A stretch of DNA of 63,887 nt, filler included, from Lama guanicoe (Eukaryota), in assembly GCA_013239625.1 (NCBI GenBank). It is 183 parts of 183 records of this genome, joined end to end, with 100 filler letters (N's around TTAATTAATTAA, not from the genome) between each part and the next. Parts side by side here need not be neighbours in the genome. Positions count along the whole stretch, not along the records: positions 39,140 to 39,389 come from PNXV01048279.1; positions 39,490 to 39,739 come from PNXV01048280.1; positions 39,840 to 40,089 come from PNXV01048281.1; positions 40,190 to 40,439 come from PNXV01048282.1; positions 40,540 to 40,788 come from PNXV01048283.1; positions 40,889 to 41,138 come from PNXV01048284.1; positions 41,239 to 41,488 come from PNXV01048285.1; positions 41,589 to 41,838 come from PNXV01048286.1; 175 more parts are not named here. One strand, written 5' to 3'. Positions 39,140 to 49,538 of the stretch are shown piece after piece (position 1 is the stretch's first letter; each line of letters opens with the position of its first letter). Below the pieces are notes generated by a model. The model worked only from the letters and a program-made list of their open reading frames with translations. It searched no databases and was not told where the DNA came from. Made by a program: the position numbers and the translations under genes.

Positions 39140-39383
39140 GTCAGTGGATAGAAAATTACTCAGAGGAAACACCGGGGTGAGATGGATTATAGCCACACCT
39201 ACCTAATGGACATCACTCGGCGTTTGATGGAGGATGTGGACCCTCATCAGATCCAGAGGCTGGTTAAATGGACTTCTCAGGACTCCTGCTAAACTGGACA
39301 ATCCACAGAGAGCATGGAAACAGGTCTAGTTGAAAAAGTCCAGGGGCCCTGTGATGAGTTTGTCAAGAAGAGACTGTTTGTCA
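39140..39383 (-). mobile_element. ERV1-class LTR fragment (MER31/MER67-like)
   Basis: The minus strand starts TGACAAACAGTCTCTTCTTGACAAACTC, resembling the recalled TGACAAAGACTCTCTCCTTGACCAAACT start. Confidence 0.5.
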
Positions 39384-40724
39384 TATTATNNNNNNNNNNN
39401 NNNNNNNNNNNNNNNNNNNNNNNNNNNNNNNNNTTAATTAATTAANNNNNNNNNNNNNNNNNNNNNNNNNNNNNNNNNNNNNNNNNNNNACAGTCGTGCT
39501 TCCGACATGCTGGATGCCAGAACTTTTTTATTTTAGCCGAAGCCTTCTACAGAGCAGAGCCTGCAGCAAAAATTATTCCTTATTTGGGAAGCGGAAGCTC
39601 AGAGACGCTAGGGTAGAAAATAAAGGGGAATTAAGCAAGAAGACAGGCTCAGCTTTTCAGTGCCTTCGTGTGGCTGCTTCACACGAGCACAGAGACAGAG
39701 GCTTTGTGGGAGAATTTGCAAGGAAAAATCCCACACTTGNNNNNNNNNNNNNNNNNNNNNNNNNNNNNNNNNNNNNNNNNNNNTTAATTAATTAANNNNN
39801 NNNNNNNNNNNNNNNNNNNNNNNNNNNNNNNNNNNNNNNGGGGGTCAGTGTACTGACAAAGTGGGAACAAAAAACCATATCACTCAACAACCTTCATTAC
39901 TGTGTTCACCAGGGAGTCTCAGTATGAAATCTTTTCAAATCAAGAATCATTTCAACACTCAGTCCAAAAGCCTAGCGCATGCAGGAGATCAGCCGGGCAA
40001 TGACACAATTCTTAAAAGAAGCATGAACTGTGGAACGCTAGTGTAGAAAGTTTTACCTATAATGTACTTGAACAAATATCACTTAAAGGNNNNNNNNNNN
40101 NNNNNNNNNNNNNNNNNNNNNNNNNNNNNNNNNTTAATTAATTAANNNNNNNNNNNNNNNNNNNNNNNNNNNNNNNNNNNNNNNNNNNNCTGTGCTACAC
40201 TGTTTTCCAAAAGCTCACATTGGAGGGAGAAGGCGGGGGGTGGGGGGGAGGGTACTGTTTCCTACAAGTTAGCTACTTTTCAACATCCAATCCCCCACAG
40301 ATGTCATGGCCATGAAAATCGGAATACAAGTAAGTTACCTTCTCAGAAGGAGGGTCATCCAAAAGGTCCATCTAAGGCAGAGTAATTACTACCTGAGCTT
40401 GTGATAAAATCAACGGGTCTATGGGTAGTTTCTACCTGTNNNNNNNNNNNNNNNNNNNNNNNNNNNNNNNNNNNNNNNNNNNNTTAATTAATTAANNNNN
40501 NNNNNNNNNNNNNNNNNNNNNNNNNNNNNNNNNNNNNNNAGCATTTTTTCATGTGCCTGTTGGCCATTTGTATGTCTTCACTGGAGAGTAACTCTTTCTA
40601 GATTGTCTCCTGAAGTGCTACACTAATTTTCAGTTCTACCTGCATTGTAAGCATTTCAGTTCACATATATATATTTTTATATGTAGACTGACTGATGTTA
40701 TGTATGTTTTGTAATTATGTTTTT

Positions 40725-40788
40725 AATTTTTTTAGGGGGAGTAATTAGGTTTATTTATTTATTTTAATGGAGGTACTGGGGATTGAAC
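40725..40788 (-). mobile_element. tRNA-derived SINE 3' part (camelid Vic-1-like)
   Basis: The minus strand reads GTTCAATCCCCAGTACCTCCATTAAAATAAATAAATAAACCTAATTACTCCCCCTAAAAA (B box plus tail). Confidence 0.75.
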
Positions 40789-41588
40789 NNNNNNNNNNNN
40801 NNNNNNNNNNNNNNNNNNNNNNNNNNNNNNNNTTAATTAATTAANNNNNNNNNNNNNNNNNNNNNNNNNNNNNNNNNNNNNNNNNNNNACTTCAGAAAGG
40901 GAAAAATATGAATGATCAGGAAAAGGACACCCACACCAGAGAGGGGTGGAGAGGGTTCCCAGGTGAGAGAGAAACCATCTCGCTCAGAACAGAAGGCTCG
41001 AGGGAGAAGATCTCCAGGAGAACGTATGCAGCTCTTGCGCGTGTCACTAACACACTTTGACACACGGAGTGTGGCTTGTGGGCTTCGAGGACAAGGAAGA
41101 GGCCCCGCAGAGAGCTGCAGGGGGCTTCAGTCACATAANNNNNNNNNNNNNNNNNNNNNNNNNNNNNNNNNNNNNNNNNNNNTTAATTAATTAANNNNNN
41201 NNNNNNNNNNNNNNNNNNNNNNNNNNNNNNNNNNNNNNACAACAGCTTCGTTCCTGACAGCCTACTTTATTTGCAAAATCCATGAGATTCACACTTAATA
41301 GGCAAAGTTTCCAGGAACAAAAAAGGTAACAGGAAAGATGGAGCTGAACTCCTTTCAGTGAGGACAACCCTGGGGGAGGGCAAGGCCTTGAGGCTGGGTG
41401 AGGAGGCCATAGAAGTGGGGGTGGGTCAGGGAGGCTCAAGGCTTCTCTCTGCCACTGCTTGGAGCTCATCTCATTGAGGTTTTCCAGCNNNNNNNNNNNN
41501 NNNNNNNNNNNNNNNNNNNNNNNNNNNNNNNNTTAATTAATTAANNNNNNNNNNNNNNNNNNNNNNNNNNNNNNNNNNNNNNNNNNNN

Positions 41589-41838
41589 CATAGACTGGCT
41601 GGCTTATAAACTAGAGAAATGTATTTTTTGGAGTTCTGGAGGCTAGGAAGTCCAAGATTAAGGCACTGGGAGATTTAGTGTCCAGTGAGGATGAACATAC
41701 TGGTTCAGAGATAACTGTCTTTTCACTGCATTTTCAGAGGGCAGAAGTGGGCAGTGAGCTTTCTAGAGCCTCTTATAAGAGGAATCAGATAAGAAAAAGA
41801 AACAAAAGGCATCCAAGTTGGAAGGGAAGAAGTAAAAC
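41589..41838. mobile_element. MLT1 (ERVL-MaLR) LTR fragment abutting an L1 ORF2 piece at ~41783
   Basis: CATAGACTGGCTGGCTTATAAAC...AGTTCTGGAGGCTAGGAAGTCCAAGATTAAGG is followed by AATCAGATAAGAAAAAGAAACAAAAGGCATCCAAGTTGGAAGGGAAGAAGTAAAAC. Confidence 0.8.
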
Positions 41839-42288
41839 NNNNNNNNNNNNNNNNNNNNNNNNNNNNNNNNNNNNNNNNNNNNTTAATTAATTAANNNNNN
41901 NNNNNNNNNNNNNNNNNNNNNNNNNNNNNNNNNNNNNNCCTCATTCTTCTAGTCCATAATCGGCAGTTATTTTTCTTTTTGGTTTCTTAATAGCTATAAT
42001 TTGGGTATTTGCTCCAACTTGTATTCCTTTGAGGCTAAGATGTGTAACCTCGTGGACTAAATTCTCCCCTCAAGATTATCAGATGCCTGGTTTCTAACAC
42101 ATTAGATTCTTGATTTTTGAACAAATCTTAATAGTTTACTTGTGAAATATCCCTCCCATCTGAGAGGAAGCAATAGAAATTCACTTTTNNNNNNNNNNNN
42201 NNNNNNNNNNNNNNNNNNNNNNNNNNNNNNNNTTAATTAATTAANNNNNNNNNNNNNNNNNNNNNNNNNNNNNNNNNNNNNNNNNNNN

Positions 42289-42538
42289 CCCCCCTCCTCC
42301 TCCTCCTCCACCTCCTCCTCCTCCTCCACATCCTCCTAAACCTCCTCCACCTCTTCCTTCACATCCTCCTCCTCCAAATCCTCCTCCACCACATCCTACT
42401 CCTCATCCTCCTCCTCCTCCACTTCCTCCACCATGTGCTCCTCCTCCTCTTCCTCCTCCACCTCCTCCTCCTCCACCTCCTCTTCCAAAACCTCCTCCAC
42501 CTCCTCCACATCCTCCTCCTCCTCCACATCCTCCTCCT
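42289..42538. repeat. Degenerate trinucleotide repeat (CCT/CCA)n, polypyrimidine tract
   Basis: The whole contig is in 3-bp register of CCT with CCA, CAT and CTT variants. Confidence 0.95.
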
Positions 42539-43379
42539 NNNNNNNNNNNNNNNNNNNNNNNNNNNNNNNNNNNNNNNNNNNNTTAATTAATTAANNNNNN
42601 NNNNNNNNNNNNNNNNNNNNNNNNNNNNNNNNNNNNNNTTTAAGCAAAGGGCAAGATGTGCTTTCAAAAAAAAGCCAGCAAACAGAGACACAAGGAAATT
42701 CAGTGCGTATCTGAACAAAGTGCTTGCTTGCTTCGGCAGGACTGCCTTGCAGGGCTGGGGCGGATATTGGCAGGAATCAATGTGAGGGAGTCACCTGAGA
42801 AGACTCCTCACTGCAAGCAGCTGAACCAATTCTCCTCTGTCATCCTGTATTTTTAGAGCCATGTTTCTAGGTTACTGTTATTTCAAGTNNNNNNNNNNNN
42901 NNNNNNNNNNNNNNNNNNNNNNNNNNNNNNNNTTAATTAATTAANNNNNNNNNNNNNNNNNNNNNNNNNNNNNNNNNNNNNNNNNNNNAGTGCTAGGCTA
43001 GGGTTCTAAGGAAAGAACAGGATAGTTGCTGTAGAGGCCACAATTTCTTTATTTTGGGGGACCTGGGGTAATCTTTATGGCGAGGCAATATTTGGGGCTG
43101 TTCTTAAATGTTCTTATAAACTTAAGAGAAGAGATGAGAGACTTTCACAGTACATGGAGCCGTTTGATCAAAGGCATACATGTGGAACGCTGTAATGTAT
43201 TTGGGATGAGGACTTCTGAATTGGAGGAAGGTAATACANNNNNNNNNNNNNNNNNNNNNNNNNNNNNNNNNNNNNNNNNNNNTTAATTAATTAANNNNNN
43301 NNNNNNNNNNNNNNNNNNNNNNNNNNNNNNNNNNNNNNCTCCCCACTGGGAGTGCAGCCCTCCTCCCCACACTCCTCTC

Positions 43380-43588
43380 CCTTGCCTGGCTCTGTTTTCT
43401 CCACAGCACTGACACCGTGTCACACTGTGCTGTTTGCTAGTTTGCTGGGTCACTGTCGGTTTATACCACTAGAATATTCTCTGGCACGGCAGGAATTGTT
43501 CTCTGTGTTGTTCACTCCTATGCCGCAGACTGAGAACACACCTGCCATGCAGTGCCGCCCACCCCACAAAGATGCCTGGAATAAATGG
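43380..43588 (+). mobile_element. LINE-2 3' end remnant
   Basis: CCACTAGAATATTCTCTGGCACGGCAGGAATTGTTCTCTGTGTTGTTCACTCC...GAACACACCTGCCATGCAG...GAATAAATG. Confidence 0.65.
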
Positions 43589-44738
43589 NNNNNNNNNNNN
43601 NNNNNNNNNNNNNNNNNNNNNNNNNNNNNNNNTTAATTAATTAANNNNNNNNNNNNNNNNNNNNNNNNNNNNNNNNNNNNNNNNNNNNCCCCCAAGCAGA
43701 GAACATAGGTCCTCACAAAAAGGAAATTCCAAGCTCTCCCTGGAGGAGGAAAGACAGAAGCCCCTGTAAACTGGGAGCAGATGAAGTAGAGATCCAAGGG
43801 CCCAGGGGAAGGCCTGCTTGGGCTGAGGCTCTACACTGAGGCTTAGGAGCACAGGCTCTGTGTTGGTTTGTAGGAAGTGACAATGAATCATCACATCAGA
43901 GTCTCTTTGCAAAACCAAATCTGCCTCCAGAAAACTCCNNNNNNNNNNNNNNNNNNNNNNNNNNNNNNNNNNNNNNNNNNNNTTAATTAATTAANNNNNN
44001 NNNNNNNNNNNNNNNNNNNNNNNNNNNNNNNNNNNNNNGCAGTGAAGGCAGACGGGGCTTCTTCCTTCTTTAAAACTGTCAAGCCTCGTAAACTGCTCTA
44101 GTGTAAATTTTACTTGAATTTATGTTTCCGTCGATCTTACACTCTCCAGTGCATTTAAGTGCCGGATGTGAGTTTGTCTTTGAGGCGTGCGCGTCAGTTA
44201 GCTTCGTGCGACGTGCGACCCGCTCTGTGCTCTTCTTAAGTCTGTGTGGGTGCAGGGGTGCACATAGTCTAAGGTGATTTTATCTTTTNNNNNNNNNNNN
44301 NNNNNNNNNNNNNNNNNNNNNNNNNNNNNNNNTTAATTAATTAANNNNNNNNNNNNNNNNNNNNNNNNNNNNNNNNNNNNNNNNNNNNCATGTTGGGGCC
44401 CAGTGTTTTTGTGTGTAAGACATATGATTCTAAAGAATGGCAAGGATTTACATACAAATACTTGATTTATACCCAACTGTTTGAAAACACAGCAAACATA
44501 AAAACACAAGTGGGCTCTAGACTAAACATGGCCCTGGATATGTTCAGTTTGTCTCCACACAGTGAGTCAACATTTAAAATTTAGGAGAATTGTGCAGAAA
44601 TCTACACTTCAGAACTTCTCCTAAAGAATCAAATCTGGNNNNNNNNNNNNNNNNNNNNNNNNNNNNNNNNNNNNNNNNNNNNTTAATTAATTAANNNNNN
44701 NNNNNNNNNNNNNNNNNNNNNNNNNNNNNNNNNNNNNN

Positions 44739-44988
44739 GGCCTCGCCTGGGGCCGGGGAGCGGGCGGAGCGGCCGGGGCCGTCACTGCGCCATGCACCCG
44801 CCGCCCCTCGTCTCAGGAGACCGGCGCCTCGCGCCCGCGGCCCGGCCGCTTCCTTGTCCTCCGGTCCGGCCGCGCAGCGCCGGCGGCCGCCTCAGCGCCT
44901 CATCGCCGCCGCGGGCTGAGAGAGCGCGGCCTGCGCGGCGGACGGCGACCTCCGCTCGGGCGCGCGGGCCCGGGGCGGGAGACCGGCC
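44739..44988 (-). promoter_or_regulatory. EGLN1: EGLN1 (PHD2) exon 1 5'UTR / CpG island fragment with two 3-codon uORFs (44903-44892 MRR*, 44793-44782 MAQ*)
   Basis: The minus strand reads CTCTCAGCCCGCGGCGGCGATGAGGCGCTGAGGCGG...GGAAGCGGCCGGGCCG...GCGGGTGCATGGCGCAGTGACGGCCCC...GGCGAGGCC. It is collinear with my recollection of the human EGLN1 5'UTR shortly upstream of the MANDSGG start. Confidence 0.8.
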
Positions 44989-46604
44989 NNNNNNNNNNNN
45001 NNNNNNNNNNNNNNNNNNNNNNNNNNNNNNNNTTAATTAATTAANNNNNNNNNNNNNNNNNNNNNNNNNNNNNNNNNNNNNNNNNNNNGATACTGGGTCG
45101 ATGCGTGCTGAATGATCCCTGACATCACGTTGAGTGTTTTCTTTTGAAGAATCATGATTCCCTTTGTATATGGCAGCCAACCGTACCCTTTTGTTGCTTG
45201 TTAGTTGGTTTGAATCTTTGTTGGTCTACTTCTTGCTTGTTTTGCAAACACGTGTGTCCATGCATCTCTCCTTTGGCTTCAAACACAGAGTCAAATAATC
45301 TGATTGACTTAAGAGAGTGCTTCCAATCACCTATGATTNNNNNNNNNNNNNNNNNNNNNNNNNNNNNNNNNNNNNNNNNNNNTTAATTAATTAANNNNNN
45401 NNNNNNNNNNNNNNNNNNNNNNNNNNNNNNNNNNNNNNATGTGAAAACTAACGAGCATGGAGGATCTTAAAGCTAGAAGAAGGTGCTTTAGGGATCGGTT
45501 AGCCCCACGATCTCGTGGAAAAGCAATGGTTCTTCAAATAAATAAATGACCAACCCAACCTCGTGGCTGGCTAGCCCCAGAAATGCCATTAGAATGCAGA
45601 TGTCCTGCCATTACCAGGCCTTAAAAAGCACCCTTGATGGGCCAGAAACACACCTGAGTAGAGGTCTTTGGAGTCATTCATCCCAAATNNNNNNNNNNNN
45701 NNNNNNNNNNNNNNNNNNNNNNNNNNNNNNNNTTAATTAATTAANNNNNNNNNNNNNNNNNNNNNNNNNNNNNNNNNNNNNNNNNNNNGAGCAGTTCCCT
45801 GAGGGTGATCTCTACGTCTCATTGAATATTGACATGTCTAATGAGGTCGCCCAGCATGAAGAGGAGCGAGTCAGTACAGAGGCGTGCTGTTCTGCTCCAC
45901 GGGGCTGGGTGCACCTCTAGAATTGTTGACAAAGCATCCCCTGTAACCACAACTGAAAATGAAGGGAGGAGTTAAAGAAAGGTAAGGAAAGTAGAATTTC
46001 TAATCACGTAGCTTTTCACAGTGTTGGCTGTCAGGAAANNNNNNNNNNNNNNNNNNNNNNNNNNNNNNNNNNNNNNNNNNNNTTAATTAATTAANNNNNN
46101 NNNNNNNNNNNNNNNNNNNNNNNNNNNNNNNNNNNNNNCTGGGTTACTTTGTGATCTGCTTCTTTCATTTACTATTGTTTGTGAAATGCACTGATGACAA
46201 GGCACTAGTTAGGGTGCATTCATTTTAATTACTAAAGTTAAATCCATTGCAGAAATGTATCACACTTTTTTGTCTTTATCAAGTCTGTTCCTGGTGAATA
46301 TTTATGTTGTCCAATTTTTGGCTTATTGCAAATAATACTTCTGTTATCCCAAAAGGGGAAAGGCAAAAGCCTCAGTTCTTGTCTTCCCNNNNNNNNNNNN
46401 NNNNNNNNNNNNNNNNNNNNNNNNNNNNNNNNTTAATTAATTAANNNNNNNNNNNNNNNNNNNNNNNNNNNNNNNNNNNNNNNNNNNNCTTTTTATTTAC
46501 TATTTATAGTATATGTTTTAAGTTCAGAGACTTAAGTGTTTAAATTCAGTTTTGAAGTGTATATGTAATTTTGTACATTATCAACTGTTTTTACTATTTT
46601 ACAG

Positions 46605-46711
46605 TATAACTTCACACCATTTTTAGTTGCCGTCAGGGAGAACAAAGAAGAGATGGTCAAATTTTTGATAGATAACGGGGCAAATGTACATGCAGTTGAC
46701 ATGCTTCAAAG
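46605..46711 (+). CDS. Internal 107-bp ankyrin-repeat exon, ANKRD26/POTE/ANKRD30-like family
   Basis: Splice sites are TATTTTACAG| and CAAAG|GTACA. The exon encodes YNFTPFLVAVRENKEEMVKFLIDNGANVHAVDMLQ-R, matching the ankyrin consensus TPL..A.....MV.FL...GA.V...D. Confidence 0.85.
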
Positions 46712-47188
46712 GTACAATAGTTTGTTCTCTCTCCCTCTNNNNNNNNNNNNNNNNNNNNNNNNNNNNNNNNNNNNNNNNNNNNTTAATTAATTAANNNNNN
46801 NNNNNNNNNNNNNNNNNNNNNNNNNNNNNNNNNNNNNNTTGCCAATTTTGGATTCATGATATTCTTAACCACTTGACTGATGCTCCAATTTTCCTCCCTG
46901 TATTTCTTTTACTCATATCGCAAAGAACTATTCTAAAACTCTTTCCACTCCTTCTTGAAAACTCTCTCTGCTAACATTTCTGCTACGTGAGGACAAGCAT
47001 CCTTCAGATATTCCTTGTGAACTTTGTTCCACCACCTCGTCCACCTCTGAAATCTGACAGCCTCTAAGGCCTGCACAGAGCGGGAAAGNNNNNNNNNNNN
47101 NNNNNNNNNNNNNNNNNNNNNNNNNNNNNNNNTTAATTAATTAANNNNNNNNNNNNNNNNNNNNNNNNNNNNNNNNNNNNNNNNNNNN

Positions 47189-47438
47189 TTTCCCAACACC
47201 ATTTGCTAAAGAGACTGTCTTTACTCCATTTTATGTTCTTGCCTACTTTGTCAAAGATTAGTTGACCAAAAGTCTGTGGGTTTATTTCTGGACTCCCTAT
47301 TCTGTTTCATGGATCCACATGTCTGTTTTTGTACCATTACCAAGCTGTTTTGTTTACTGTTGCTCTGTAGTATTTTCTGAAGTCTGGGATGGGAGGGTTA
47401 TTCCTCCAGCTTAATTCTTTTTCTTCAGTAATGCTTTG
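47189..47438 (-). mobile_element. LINE-1 ORF2 fragment, antisense
   Basis: TTTCCCAACACCATTTGCTAAAGAGACTGTCTTT...CTTTGTCAAAGATTAGTTGACC...GGGTTTATTTCTGGACTC. Confidence 0.9.
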
Positions 47439-47888
47439 NNNNNNNNNNNNNNNNNNNNNNNNNNNNNNNNNNNNNNNNNNNNTTAATTAATTAANNNNNN
47501 NNNNNNNNNNNNNNNNNNNNNNNNNNNNNNNNNNNNNNCCCTCCTCCCAGCGCCTTTGTAGAGACCATAAGCTGTATGTTGCACGCAGGGGCTCTGAAAA
47601 GCTGAGCTGAGAGCCATGATCCATATGGCAGGTGAGTGATACACACTTAGCACAAGTGCTCATACAGGAAGGGTGCATACGTGTATGTCTGTGGGTGTGT
47701 TTGTGTGTCCACGTGTGTTTGTAGAACCGTGTCTCTATTAACCTCTCACCCCACCTCCTTAAGAAGGTGGAAGGTGTGCTTTGGGAAANNNNNNNNNNNN
47801 NNNNNNNNNNNNNNNNNNNNNNNNNNNNNNNNTTAATTAATTAANNNNNNNNNNNNNNNNNNNNNNNNNNNNNNNNNNNNNNNNNNNN

Positions 47889-48138
47889 CAGTGGTGCCCT
47901 CTGAGCGGACTCAGAATAAGAAAGGACAAGATACTGACCCTAGATAGCTAGGTGCTTGTCAAAGAAATGAATTCAATGACCAAAATCTTTGCTTCCTCCC
48001 ATACATAGAAAAGCGCTAAATAATTGAATTTGAGATACCTGGCTTTCTTTAGATAACAAGAAATGTTTTATTGCTCCAACTACCTGGTCTTTGTTGTAAA
48101 GCTCGTATATATCCCAGTTCCTTCCCTACCTCTTGGGA
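47889..48138. mobile_element. Probable ERV1-class LTR fragment
   Basis: TTTGCTTCCTCCCATACATAGAAAAGCGCTAAA...TTGAGATACCTGGC resembles recalled ungulate ERV LTRs. Confidence 0.45.
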
Positions 48139-48588
48139 NNNNNNNNNNNNNNNNNNNNNNNNNNNNNNNNNNNNNNNNNNNNTTAATTAATTAANNNNNN
48201 NNNNNNNNNNNNNNNNNNNNNNNNNNNNNNNNNNNNNNCTTTTTTCTTTAGATGAAAAAGTAGGATTGATACAATTTAGAAAAGGGCCAGATAAGAGGTG
48301 TAGGGGGAGTAAAGATAAGTGTATCCATTATTTCTAGAGTTTCTGGCTTAAGATACTCCATACAAATCTTTCTTGCTTGTAAACTGTAACTTTGTGGGTT
48401 ATATATCAGCCAAATTACACAAACTACCCATTTTTGAGAAGGGAAATAATACTAAGTTACTTGAGAAATTTAATCAGGTTACATTTTTNNNNNNNNNNNN
48501 NNNNNNNNNNNNNNNNNNNNNNNNNNNNNNNNTTAATTAATTAANNNNNNNNNNNNNNNNNNNNNNNNNNNNNNNNNNNNNNNNNNNN

Positions 48589-48838
48589 TTTTTTTTCTTC
48601 AGTTTTATTGAGAAACAGTTGGCATACAGCATTATGTAAGTTTAAGCTGTAAAACATAATGGCTTTCATACATTGTGGAATGATTATTACAATACATTGA
48701 GCGCTTATCCATCACCTCACATAGGTACAAAATTAAATAAATAGAAAAATAGTTTTCATTGTGATGAGAAGTCTTAGGATTTACTCCCTTAACAAGTTTT
48801 ATACATAACATAGAGAAGAGCTAATTATATTTACTATG
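48589..48838 (-). mobile_element. LINE-1 (L1MA-type) 3' end, antisense
   Basis: A poly-T tract, then GTTTTATTGAGAAACAGTTGGCATACAGC...TGTGATGAGAAGTCTTAGGATTTACTCCCTTAACAA. Confidence 0.8.
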
Positions 48839-49288
48839 NNNNNNNNNNNNNNNNNNNNNNNNNNNNNNNNNNNNNNNNNNNNTTAATTAATTAANNNNNN
48901 NNNNNNNNNNNNNNNNNNNNNNNNNNNNNNNNNNNNNNTGATTATAAAGATAGATAGAAATCAATGAAATTGTAAAGAGAAAGTAACAGAGAAAACCAAT
49001 GAAAACAACCCTAGTTCTTGGAGCACATCAATGTAATAGATAAAGCTACAGCTGGGCTGACAAAAAAGGAAAAGACATTTAATAAATCAGAGAAAGACAA
49101 AAATCTGTGTGTTATCACTTATACGTGGAATCTAAAAAGTACAACAAACTAGTAAATATAACAAAAAAGAAGCAGACTCACAGATATANNNNNNNNNNNN
49201 NNNNNNNNNNNNNNNNNNNNNNNNNNNNNNNNTTAATTAATTAANNNNNNNNNNNNNNNNNNNNNNNNNNNNNNNNNNNNNNNNNNNN

Positions 49289-49538
49289 CCAGAGACAGAG
49301 CGAGGAGCGCTCCTGAGGGGAGACGTCGGGCTCGTCCCCGGGGTCCCGGCCGCGGTCCCCGCTCGCGCGCACAGCTGCCCGGCGCCCGGCCGCTCGGGCT
49401 CAGCGGCCTGGAGGCCGCCGCGCAGGCCGGGCCCGAGGCCCGGGGAGGGATGCGTCGGGCGTCGCCTCCGGTCCGCGGCCTCCCCCTGGAGCCCCGGCGG
49501 AGCTGAGGGAGGCGACGCCGAAGCGCTGGCTCGCAGCG
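49289..49538. promoter_or_regulatory. CpG island fragment, gene unidentified
   Basis: Very high GC content with dense CpG dinucleotides. Confidence 0.7.
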
